Source: an uncultured bacterium
GTDB lineage: Bacteria > Patescibacteriota > Minisyncoccia > Phycocordibacterales > GWA1-40-21
DNA: 44,450 bases
Assembly (NCBI GenBank): GCA_903850545.1
Contig: CAINLW010000057.1
Location: 1 to 44,450, forward strand
Direction of reading: 5' to 3'
Part shown: piece by piece, positions 1 through 7,560 of the stretch
Layout of the letters: the number at the start of each line of letters is the position of its first letter
How positions within the stretch are numbered: the stretch's first letter is position 1
Notes under the pieces: model-generated
Seen by the model: the letters and a program-made list of their open reading frames with translations, nothing else
Told to the model about the DNA's origin: nothing
The model's database searches: none
Translations under genes and position numbers: made by a program

Positions 1-1107
1 ATTTGGGAATTAGCCGGCGGAGAATTCAATATTAATTCACCAAAACAGCTAGGTGAAATATTGTTTGTAAAACTTGGACTAAAACCAAAAAATCAGAAAA
101 AAACAGGGTCTGGAGCTCTTTCTACAAAAGAATCTGAGCTTGAAAAAATGCGAGATATGCACCCAATAATTCCTTTTGTTTTTGAGTACAGAGAGTTACA
201 AAAACTTCTTTCAACTTATATAGACGTTATTCCAACATTAATAGATGAAAACAACAGACTTCATGCAAAGTTTCTTCAAGCTGGTACGACCACGGGGCGT
301 CTTGCATCTTCTGATCCAAATTTACAAAACATTCCAAATTCAAGTGAACTCGGGAGAAATATTAGGAAATCATTTATTACAGAAAAAGGATGTAAGCTTT
401 TAGCGATAGATTATTCACAAATTGAAATTCGCATCGCCGCTTTTTTGTCAGGTGATTTGAAACTTATAGAAATTTTTAAAAATGGGGAAGACGTACACAC
501 AGCAGTTGCCTCAGAGGTTTTTAATGTTCCGAAAGAGCAAGTTGATAAAGAGATGAGGCGAAAAGCTAAGGTGATTAATTTTGGAATAATGTATGGAATG
601 GGAGTAAGTTCCTTAAAAATGCAACTAGGTTCTACGAGAGAAGAGGCACAAAAATATTTAGATGAATATTTTACTAAATTTAATGGCCTAGCGAGATATT
701 TGGAAAACGTAAAAATCGAAACTGAACAGCGAGGTTATACAGAAACATTTTTTGGAAGAAGAAGATATTTTGAAGGTTTAAGAAGTAAAATTCCGTTTAT
801 TAGAGCGATGGCAGAAAGAATGGCTGTAAATGCACCAATACAAGGAACGGAGGCAGATTTTATAAAACTTTCAATGGTAAAAATAGACGAATTTTTAGTA
901 AAGGAAAAACTAACAGAAAAAGTAAAATTAATTCTTCAAGTTCATGATGAGCTTGTTTATGAAGTTGATGAAAAAATCGTAGATGAAGTTGCACCAAAAA
1001 TTAGAAAAATAATGGAAACACTCATACCAACCGAAGAGACAAAAGGAATAATTATGAAGGCCGATGTTTCAGAAGGGGAGGATTGGAAGGAAATGATAAA
1101 AATATAA
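1..1107 (+). CDS. polA: DNA polymerase I, C-terminal polymerase domain (5' end outside window)
   Basis: Frame 1 is open from nt 1 (IWELAGGEFNINSPKQLGEILF...), so the track start at 61 is internal. Family A motifs present: motif A LLAIDYSQIEIRIAA, motif B RRKAKVINFGIMYGMG, motif C LQVHDELVYEV. TAA stop at 1105-1107. Confidence 0.95.
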   Translation: MWELAGGEFNINSPKQLGEILFVKLGLKPKNQKKTGSGALSTKESELEKMRDMHPIIPFVFEYRELQKLLSTYIDVIPTLIDENNRLHAKFLQAGTTTGRLASSDPNLQNIPNSSELGRNIRKSFITEKGCKLLAIDYSQIEIRIAAFLSGDLKLIEIFKNGEDVHTAVASEVFNVPKEQVDKEMRRKAKVINFGIMYGMGVSSLKMQLGSTREEAQKYLDEYFTKFNGLARYLENVKIETEQRGYTETFFGRRRYFEGLRSKIPFIRAMAERMAVNAPIQGTEADFIKLSMVKIDEFLVKEKLTEKVKLILQVHDELVYEVDEKIVDEVAPKIRKIMETLIPTEETKGIIMKADVSEGEDWKEMIKI

Positions 1108-1138
1108 GATATAAGTATAAATACATATTATAAAAAAT

Positions 1139-1176
1139 AAAACACCGACGTTTGCCATAACGAACGTCGGTGTTTT
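1139..1176. terminator. Bidirectional intrinsic terminator shared by convergent polA and tig
   Basis: 14-bp perfect stem AAAACACCGACGTT / AACGTCGGTGTTTT with a 10-nt loop. A-run on the left and T-run on the right, between two convergent stop codons. Confidence 0.8.
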
Positions 1177-1189
1177 ACCTGACAGTGAA

Positions 1190-2245
1190 TTATTTTTGAG
1201 ATTCTAAGAATTTTAGTACCGCATCATTTACCAAAACCATTTCTACATAAGCTTTTACTCTTTCTGGATCTGCTCCTTTGTATTGTTCGGTAAGTTGTTT
1301 GATATCTTTTTCAACTTGTTCCTTGTTGGGTTCAATTTTTTCCTCAAGAGAGATTTTTTGTAAAATTAATTGTGTTTTTGCTCTTTTTTCTGCGTCGGGA
1401 TACCATTCTTTTCTCAAGTCTTCCCAGGTTTTTTTGATATGTTTTAAATATTCTTCCGGTTGAAGACCCATCTGCGCGATGTCGCCTTTGAATTGACCTT
1501 CCATTTTTTCTAACTCGCTTTGAACGACAAGTTTTGGCATTTCTATTTTTGTTTCAGCTACAAGTTTGTCTAGCAACGCCCCTCTTTTTTTGTCTTTGGC
1601 ATGCATTTCTTTTTCTTTTCCAATGTTTATTTTCAACTTTGCTTTGAATTCTGTCACATCTTTAAAATCACCAAGTTTTTTTACAAATTCATCATTAATT
1701 TCTGGTAGTGCCAACTCCTCGCCTTCTTTATGGACTTCTCCAGGTGCATGGGTGTGATTTTGTTGAGCATACATTTTTCTTATTTGTTCAACAGTTTCCT
1801 CAACTTGTTTTTCTGTAACCTCCTCAAGTTTTTCTTCCACAGAGTTTTCCTTTTTTGCAATCTTTTTATAGTCAGGAAGTTTAACATCTGGCATAACCGT
1901 TACCGTTATTTTAAACTCAACAGGGGAGCCAATGGCGATTTTGCTTAGAGCAATGTTTGGTCTACCGAGAAAATTTACCTTTGATTCAACTAAAATTTCA
2001 ATAGCACAATCATTAATGGCCATTTCACCCGCATCTTCAAGTATTCCCATTTCCCCAAATTTTTCTTTAAGTTTGGCATCTGGAACGTGTCCTTTTCTAA
2101 AACCTGGAAGTTCGGCGACTTCTTTAATTTTTTTAAAAGCTTTCGCTTTGTAATCTTCCAAAGCTTCTTTTGTGATTTCAGCAGTTATCTCAACTTCACA
2201 ATCTGGAAGTTTTTTTGTGTCCTTTATTTTATATATTTTTGTCAT
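1190..2245 (-). CDS. tig: Trigger factor, short form apparently lacking the FKBP PPIase domain
   Basis: N-terminal ribosome-binding signature PGFRKGHVP. C-terminal arm domain starts at LPEINDEFVKKLG. Only about 20 aa lie between the two domains; total length is 351 aa. Confidence 0.85.
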   Translation of the reverse strand: MTKIYKIKDTKKLPDCEVEITAEITKEALEDYKAKAFKKIKEVAELPGFRKGHVPDAKLKEKFGEMGILEDAGEMAINDCAIEILVESKVNFLGRPNIALSKIAIGSPVEFKITVTVMPDVKLPDYKKIAKKENSVEEKLEEVTEKQVEETVEQIRKMYAQQNHTHAPGEVHKEGEELALPEINDEFVKKLGDFKDVTEFKAKLKINIGKEKEMHAKDKKRGALLDKLVAETKIEMPKLVVQSELEKMEGQFKGDIAQMGLQPEEYLKHIKKTWEDLRKEWYPDAEKRAKTQLILQKISLEEKIEPNKEQVEKDIKQLTEQYKGADPERVKAYVEMVLVNDAVLKFLESQK

Positions 2246-2340
2246 TTCTTTAAATGATAAGACGAGCTTATCTGTGATTAATTAATAAATATTATAGATG
2301 GAGTCTAGCTGAAAAATAGGAAAAATGCAAAAAAGAATTG

Positions 2341-2406
2341 TCATTCCCGCGAAGGCGGGAATCTAGGTTAAATTTATCCTGGATTCCCGTCTGCACGGGA
2401 ACGACA
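2341..2406. repeat. Head-to-head pair of GTCATTCCCG-type palindromic elements (REP/MITE-like)
   Basis: GTCATTCCCGCGAAGGCGGGAATCTAGG at 2341-2368. Its inverted relative is at 2380-2406 (reverse complement GTCGTTCCCGTGCAGACGGGAATCC). Each unit has its own CCCGnnnnnnCGGG hairpin. A third copy lies at 33502-33529. Confidence 0.75.
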
Positions 2407-2417
2407 CAAGAAAACAA

Positions 2418-2443
2418 AAGGTTTCCGCTTTGCGGAAACCCTT
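2418..2443 (-). terminator. Intrinsic terminator downstream of the 2492-2749 gene
   Basis: On the minus strand: AAGGGTTTCCGC-AAA-GCGGAAACCTT followed by TTTGTTTTCTT. A near-identical hairpin occurs at 3528-3561. Confidence 0.65.
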
Positions 2444-2491
2444 GTTGTGTGAATTTTCTAAGAAGCTAAAAAGCTACAATCTACGACCTGT

Positions 2492-2749
2492 TTATAGACT
2501 ATCTATTCCTGTTCCTAAATCATCAAAATTCATCGAGTTTGCCTCCTTTTCCAAATCGGTAATTTCATCTGAAGAAGTGGATATAGATGAGGAAGCTGCT
2601 GCTGCGACTTCTTTTTGTATTGCAGCTTGAAATTCTCTACTTTTCTCCATTCTTTGACCAACAAAATAAAAAGCACCAACAATAAGAATAATTATTACTA
2701 TAATTATTCCGGCAAATGTTCCAAAATCTGATGTTTTGTTGTTTTCCAT
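2492..2749 (-). CDS. Small membrane-anchored protein (hypothetical)
   Basis: One N-terminal TM helix (FAGIIIVIIILIVGAFYF) and an acidic Ser-rich tail. Its ATG lies 2 nt from the stop of the upstream 2751-3440 gene, so the two are a coupled pair. Confidence 0.5.
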   Translation of the reverse strand: MENNKTSDFGTFAGIIIVIIILIVGAFYFVGQRMEKSREFQAAIQKEVAAAASSSISTSSDEITDLEKEANSMNFDDLGTGIDSL

Positions 2750-2750
2750 G

Positions 2751-3440
2751 TTATTGATTATTAGTTGATGTTGCTTCTAGTGTAGAAGTTGAGTTTTTTA
2801 TTTTTACTTGTCCTGGTTTCAGTGAATTGATTGTGTTGATTATTGATTGGTGGGCGACTTTTATTGCCGTTTTTGTTTTTTCACTTTGTATTTTTATGTT
2901 TTGTAGTAAAGCTTTTCTTTCAATTTTTTTAGTACTTGTTGATGTTGGAATATCTTTGGCCAAAACGTTTTCTAAATTTGTTAATTCGGTTTCTGCTAGA
3001 GCAACTTTTGAAACGGCTGTTTCTAAAAGAGATTTTGACAATGTTGTATTGGCACCGGAGGTTTCCATTTTTGAAATACGAGAGTCAATTTTTAAAATTA
3101 AATCTTTTAAGTTTTGAATTGATTTTTCAAAATTGTCAGCAATTTTGTTTTTTTTGTCGTCCAATTTTTTCCCTATTCTAATTTCAACCGCTGTTTTTAA
3201 TTCCTGTTTCTTTTCTTTTAACTTTTCTGTTGTTGAGGCGATTTTTGATTTTAAATTATTTTTTTCCTGTTCATTTTTTTGTTTTATCTTGTCTTTTTCA
3301 TCAGCCGTTTTTTCTTTAATATTAGTAATTTTTTGTTTTAATACATCAATTTTATTTTTACTAGTTGAAGATACTTGTGCGGAAACAACACCAGTTAGGA
3401 GTATAGTTAAAACTAGGGGAGTAATTATATATTTTTTCAT
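2751..3440 (-). CDS. Secreted Lys/Glu-rich coiled-coil protein (hypothetical)
   Basis: Signal peptide MKKYIITPLVLTILLTGVVSAQV, then about 200 aa of heptad-like K/E/L-rich sequence. No catalytic motif recognised. Confidence 0.55.
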   Translation of the reverse strand: MKKYIITPLVLTILLTGVVSAQVSSTSKNKIDVLKQKITNIKEKTADEKDKIKQKNEQEKNNLKSKIASTTEKLKEKKQELKTAVEIRIGKKLDDKKNKIADNFEKSIQNLKDLILKIDSRISKMETSGANTTLSKSLLETAVSKVALAETELTNLENVLAKDIPTSTSTKKIERKALLQNIKIQSEKTKTAIKVAHQSIINTINSLKPGQVKIKNSTSTLEATSTNNQ

Positions 3441-3527
3441 ATTTTTTAGTGTTTTTGTTAACTGATAATAACTATATTATACAGTTTTTAAAAACTTTTA
3501 GCTATTATTTGATAATAATGTAAATAA

Positions 3528-3561
3528 AACAAGAGGTTCCGCTTTTGCGGAACCCCTTGTT
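3528..3561 (-). terminator. Intrinsic terminator downstream of nusA
   Basis: Minus strand: AACAAGGGGTTCCGC-AAAA-GCGGAACCTCTTGTT followed by TTATTTACATT. Lies between the nusA stop and the next gene start. Confidence 0.7.
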
Positions 3562-3582
3562 TTATGTTTATTTTATAAGTTT

Positions 3583-3622
3583 GTATAATACTATATACCT
3601 TATACTAAATACTATATACTAT
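3583..3622 (-). repeat. GTAT-rich post-stop element, copy a (after nusA)
   Basis: Minus strand reads ATAGTATATAGTATTTAGTATAAGGTATATAGTATTATAC, beginning on the nusA TAG stop codon. Confidence 0.7.
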
Positions 3623-4803
3623 TTTTCTTCTTCTACCTCCACATATTCTCCTTCAACTGAAATTATGTCAATTTTCCAACCAGTTAGTTTTGCTGCTAAG
3701 CGAACGTTTTGACCACCTTTTCCGATAGCCAATGATTGTTGGTCTGATGCTACTTCTACTTGAGCTTTCTTTTCTACATCATCTGTGGTTACAGAAAGAA
3801 TTCTAGCAGGGGATAAGGCTTCCTCAATAAACTTTTTTGGGTCAGGAGACCATTCTATGATATCTATTTTTTCTCCACCAAGTTCAGACATTACTGTAGA
3901 AACTCTTACTCCTCTTTGTCCAACAAGCGAACCGACAGGATCAATATGTTCATCTTTTGAAGCAACGGCGATTTTTGATCTTGAACCAGCTTCTCTTGCG
4001 ATTGATTTTAATTCTATTACACCTGTCCCCAATTCAGGAGACTCTGTTTTAAATAATTCTTCTAAGAATTTTGGATGAGATCTTGAGAGTCTCAAGAAAA
4101 TTCCTTTTGGTGTTTCTTCTACTCTGTAAAGGTATCCTCGAATTCTTTCTCCAGGTTTATATTTTTCGCCAGGGATTTGTTCTTCAAAAGGCAATATAGC
4201 AGTAGCTCTTCCCATATCTACAAAAAGATTTCCTCTTTCAAGTCTCTGTACTATACCTGTAACGATAGAACCTTCTTTTTCTCCATATTCATTAAATACG
4301 GAAACTTTTTCTGCCTCTCTAATTTTTTGGACTATCACTTGCTTTGCTGTTTGTGCAGCAATTCTTCCATAGTCACTTTTTTCTTCAAGAGGGAAGATTA
4401 ATTCGTCTCCAACCTTTGCATCCTTTTTAATTTTTTTGGCATCTTCAATAAAAATATGATGTTCAGGATTGTAGTAGACAATTTTTTCTCCTTTTTCATT
4501 TAATTCTACCTTTTCTTCTTCAATTTTTCTTGATCTTTTAAATTTTTCTTCTGCTTCAGTATCCTCTTTTTCTTCACGGATAACTACACTGTCTTTATCC
4601 ACGACTGTTTTTACTTGGATGAATTCCATTTTTCCAGAAGTGAGATCTACTTTTGATCTGATAATTTGTCCCCTTTTTCCGAACTCTTTTTTGTAAGCAG
4701 TTGCCAGTGCCATTTCAATAGCTTCAAGCATTTTTGCTTTAGGAATTCCTCTTTCTTGTTCCATCTGTTCTATAACAGAGTTTATTACTTTTAAATCGAT
4801 CAT
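3619..4803 (-). CDS. nusA: Transcription termination/antitermination factor NusA
   Basis: NusA N-terminal domain (IEQMEQERGIPKAKMLEAIEMALATAYKK), S1 domain (GSIVTGIVQRLERGNLFVDMG) and two KH domains (VGQRGVRV and AIGKGGQNVRLAAKLTGWKIDI). Confidence 0.93.
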   Translation of the reverse strand: MIDLKVINSVIEQMEQERGIPKAKMLEAIEMALATAYKKEFGKRGQIIRSKVDLTSGKMEFIQVKTVVDKDSVVIREEKEDTEAEEKFKRSRKIEEEKVELNEKGEKIVYYNPEHHIFIEDAKKIKKDAKVGDELIFPLEEKSDYGRIAAQTAKQVIVQKIREAEKVSVFNEYGEKEGSIVTGIVQRLERGNLFVDMGRATAILPFEEQIPGEKYKPGERIRGYLYRVEETPKGIFLRLSRSHPKFLEELFKTESPELGTGVIELKSIAREAGSRSKIAVASKDEHIDPVGSLVGQRGVRVSTVMSELGGEKIDIIEWSPDPKKFIEEALSPARILSVTTDDVEKKAQVEVASDQQSLAIGKGGQNVRLAAKLTGWKIDIISVEGEYVEVEEEK

Positions 4804-4902
4804 GATAATTTTTTAGCGAATGGCAGTGAGCTTAGAAAATTATCACCCCGTCAAATTGGCTTTACATTTGACCGGGGTGGCTCTAATACTTACCACCCAT
4901 TC
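4804..4902 (-). promoter_or_regulatory. Conserved structured 5' leader, nusA copy (same family as 22172-22296 and 38768-38905)
   Basis: Minus strand: GAATGGGTGG-taagtattagag-CCACCCCGGTCAAAT-gtaaagcca-ATTTGACGGGGTGATAATTTTCTAAGCTCACTGCCATTCGCTAAAAAATTATC-ATG. It has four helices equivalent to those of the pilB leader, with compensatory substitutions. Confidence 0.5.
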
Positions 4903-4920
4903 AATTAATTAATAATATTT

Positions 4921-4957
4921 TCACCCTAGTCAAATATAAATTCAATTTGACGGGGTT
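4921..4957 (-). repeat. Extra upstream copy of the leader P3 hairpin
   Basis: Minus strand: AACCCCGTCAAAT-tgaatttat-ATTTGACTAGGGTGA. Same arms as the proximal hairpin at 4846-4880. Confidence 0.55.
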
Positions 4958-5126
4958 AAATAAAATATAGTCGCATAAGCTCCTTATTTTATTTAAAAAA
5001 ATGAGCTCGCCACCGGCGAACTTCAATACAGACATATTAACAAAATTTTATTATTTGTCAACGATTAAATTATTCTTTTAGTAACTTAATTACATGTGTA
5101 ATATTAAAGAAATAACTATCCTCTCT

Positions 5127-5148
5127 CAATTACGCTATAGCTGAATTG
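5127..5148. repeat. 22-bp near-palindromic site, copy A (inverted relative to copy C)
   Basis: CAATTACGCTATAGCTGAATTG is the exact reverse complement of copy C at 5696-5717. It is preceded by CCTCTCTC, mirrored by GAGAGAG after copy C. Confidence 0.8.
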
Positions 5149-5237
5149 GGAAAGTAAAGTTGTTAAAAAAGAAAGTGATATACCCAAATATTCAAATAGT
5201 AATTTGTAAGAAAATAGGAACGTTTAGTTTAAATTTG

Positions 5238-5259
5238 CAATTCAGCGATAGCTTAATTG
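5238..5259. promoter_or_regulatory. 22-bp near-palindromic site, copy B (candidate operator upstream of the 5286 gene)
   Basis: CAATTCAGCGATAGCTTAATTG differs from copy C at 2 positions. It ends 12 nt upstream of a TATAAT at 5272-5277, which sits 8 nt before the ATG at 5286. Confidence 0.5.
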
Positions 5260-5285
5260 GGTGACGGAGTATATAATAGCTTTAT

Positions 5286-5666
5286 ATGACAAGAAAACTA
5301 ATTTATAAAGGAATTGAAGTTAATTCGTTTGGTATTCCGAAATTTGTATTACCAAAGAAACAACCTGAATCTAAAAGAACAAAGAGAATTTTTAATGAAA
5401 CCTTCTCTTCCGATTTAAATGAACATTCACCAAAAAATTTAATAGTCATTTATGATATTCCAGAACCAAAGAAAAAAGAAAGAGATTGGTTTCGCAGACA
5501 TTTAAAAAAGTTTAATTATGTAATGATACAAAGAAGTGTATGGGTAGGTCCGTCTCCACTACCTAAAGATTTTCTTAAATACGTAAAATCGATTGGTTTA
5601 GAAAACCAGTTAAAAACATTTAAATTAGCCAGAGAGTATTCTGACAATGACAATTTTATTAAATAA
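5286..5666 (+). CDS. Small Cas2-fold / PaaX-C-terminal-like protein (orphan, no CRISPR array nearby)
   Basis: Core NLIVIYDIPEPKKKERDWFRRHLKKFNYVMIQRSVWVGPSPLPKDF follows the pattern (I/V)xYDIP...R..(L/F)RR.L...G(F/Y)..(L/I)Q.SVW. I associate that pattern with Cas2-like ferredoxin-fold and PaaX C-terminal domains. Recognised from memory, not searched. Confidence 0.45.
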   Translation: MTRKLIYKGIEVNSFGIPKFVLPKKQPESKRTKRIFNETFSSDLNEHSPKNLIVIYDIPEPKKKERDWFRRHLKKFNYVMIQRSVWVGPSPLPKDFLKYVKSIGLENQLKTFKLAREYSDNDNFIK

Positions 5667-5695
5667 TTATTTGTGGTTAGTTAATAATGTTTTTG

Positions 5696-5717
5696 CAATT
5701 CAGCTATAGCGTAATTG
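5696..5717. repeat. 22-bp near-palindromic site, copy C
   Basis: CAATTCAGCTATAGCGTAATTG lies 30 nt after the stop of the 5286-5666 gene. It is a direct repeat of copy B and inverted relative to copy A. Confidence 0.8.
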
Positions 5718-5801
5718 CAAGCGAGAGAGTTTTTTAGAGAGTAGGGAAGAGTGTCAAATTTTTTCTTGTATATAAACTAGATTATAAATATAGTAAAAAC
5801 G

Positions 5802-5831
5802 TTGTTTTTAAAATCTTAGCTATGTTATAAT
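5802..5831 (+). promoter_or_regulatory. Putative promoter with extended -10
   Basis: TTGTTT (5802-5807), 18-nt spacer, TGtTATAAT (5823-5831), 27 nt upstream of the ATG at 5858. AT-rich background, so the false-positive risk is high. Confidence 0.35.
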
Positions 5832-5857
5832 ATTGTATGTTAAATTAATAATAATTT

Positions 5858-6145
5858 ATGATAAATTATAAAAATAAAAACACAATAATAATCATACTCG
5901 TATCGATTTTAATTTTGGGTTTTTTTAGTTGGTATTTTTTAATTAAACAAAAAAATAGTGATAAAATATCACAAGAGACACATTTAACAAACCAACAAAA
6001 ACTTAATATGTTGGCCACTACTCCAAAAACGCCTATTAAATTTATATCAAATAATGAAAAGAAGAAAATTTTAAATGAAATAAATATAAACAAAAAACCC
6101 GTTGGTAGCATCTCTAACGAAGAAAAACTACAACTTTTAAAATAA
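5858..6145 (+). CDS. Small membrane-anchored protein (hypothetical)
   Basis: One TM helix (IIIILVSILILGFFSWYFLI) followed by a Lys/Asn-rich tail. The antisense ORF 5866-6111 is judged a shadow. Confidence 0.4.
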   Translation: MINYKNKNTIIIILVSILILGFFSWYFLIKQKNSDKISQETHLTNQQKLNMLATTPKTPIKFISNNEKKKILNEININKKPVGSISNEEKLQLLK

Positions 6146-6308
6146 ATATATAAACCTAAGAATCATAATAATGATATTTGCCCGACCGAATGATTAAAAC
6201 CAATAATTTTGGAAGGCGAATATCGACGAATAGATACAAAATCAAAAAAATTAAACAATAAAATAAGTCGAAATTATAAATTATTAATTAATCAAAACAT
6301 CTAACAAA

Positions 6309-7391
6309 ATGAAAAAAACAATTATAGAGAGTGTGAGAATAATATTAATAGCAACAATTTTCTCACTTGGCTTGGGTGTGGCCTTTGCGTGGTCAGGACC
6401 ATCAAGTAACCCTACTGATATTAATGTAGAGGCGCCGCTAAACGTCGGTTCCGATGCCCAAACAAAAGCAGGGTACCTTGCATTACAAGATGGAATTGGA
6501 GTAACAAGTATTATTTTTCCTGATGGAACTTTACAAACCACAGCCGGAGGTGCTGGTGGCAGTGGTATCCCAGTAAATACAATAACTTCTTTTAACCAGG
6601 CTACTTGTCCAACAGGATGGGTTCTTGCCAATGGTGAGAACGGAACCCCAGATTTAAGGGGTATTTTTGTCAGAGGTGCTGGTATAAGTACAAATTATAC
6701 TAATGCTGCAGGAGCATATAATACAGCGACGTTTGGACAATATCAAGTTGATTCTGTTATTTCTCATACGCACACTAGAATACTTGCCCCACAACCTGCT
6801 GGGTCAGGAAATGGAGTCCCACAATCATCTGAGGGTGGGCAAACACAAAGATCCACTTCTGACGCTGCTTTTGGGGGCCAGGAGACTCGCCCAGCATCTT
6901 ACGCTTTAATCTATTGTATGAAAACATCGGAGGATTCAGTGGTAAGTAATTCGATTTTTGGAAGTTCAACAAGTAATGTCTTTGTTCAAAATATTACAAA
7001 AAATTTTGGTATTGGAACAACAAATCCATCAGTTAAATTGGACGTTGCTGGTACCATTAAAGCTAGCAGTTACGTAGGAGTTTTTCCAGATTATACGAAT
7101 GGTGTTAGTGTCTCATTAAATACTGCACAACAAGCATCTTCAGATGGATATCTTAGTGTAGTGGCAGGGGGATCATATATGAACAATCTTCAGATTCAAG
7201 TTGGTTCCACCTCAGCAGTTGGAACTCTTATTTGGATGATGGGAGATGATATTAATAATAATACCAAAGGAGGATCGGCTCTTTTACCAATAAAAAAGGG
7301 TACTTGGTATAAGATACTTTCTCCAGGCTCTAATTGGATTGCACAATATGGTTATGAGAGTATATTAGCAAATTTTTATCCCGCCAATTAA
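6309..7391 (+). CDS. Secreted phage-tail-collar-domain / tail-fibre-like protein
   Basis: N-terminal anchor or signal (IILIATIFSLGLGVAFAWS). Tail-collar pattern CPTGWVLANG...PDLRGIFVRGAG...HTHT...ETRPASYALIYCMK. Fibre-like FGIGTTNPSVKLDVAGTIKA follows. The 5' third is much more GC-rich than the neighbouring DNA. Confidence 0.7.
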   Translation: MKKTIIESVRIILIATIFSLGLGVAFAWSGPSSNPTDINVEAPLNVGSDAQTKAGYLALQDGIGVTSIIFPDGTLQTTAGGAGGSGIPVNTITSFNQATCPTGWVLANGENGTPDLRGIFVRGAGISTNYTNAAGAYNTATFGQYQVDSVISHTHTRILAPQPAGSGNGVPQSSEGGQTQRSTSDAAFGGQETRPASYALIYCMKTSEDSVVSNSIFGSSTSNVFVQNITKNFGIGTTNPSVKLDVAGTIKASSYVGVFPDYTNGVSVSLNTAQQASSDGYLSVVAGGSYMNNLQIQVGSTSAVGTLIWMMGDDINNNTKGGSALLPIKKGTWYKILSPGSNWIAQYGYESILANFYPAN

Positions 7392-7560
7392 AAAACAATA
7401 TTTGTACTATAGAATTTGCGCACCCATATAACTTTCTCCGAAAAGTTTAAAATAGGACATAAATTGGTGATATATCATTAACAAAAGTAGGTAAACTTGC
7501 CAAGCACATAAGTTAAATAGTAAATATTAAATAATTAAGTCATATAATTCATTTATAATT

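Noticed and set aside
2751-4803. Absence of rimP upstream and infB downstream of nusA as a possible rearrangement signal.
   Set aside because: The gene order rimP-nusA-infB is common but not universal. Nothing in the flanks, such as pseudogene remnants, supports a recent event. It is noted as context only.
5127-5717. A possible mini CRISPR array next to a Cas2-like gene.
   Set aside because: There are only three 22-bp copies, with irregular spacing (about 90 and 436 nt). One copy is inverted and the gene itself lies between two of them. This is not CRISPR repeat-spacer architecture.
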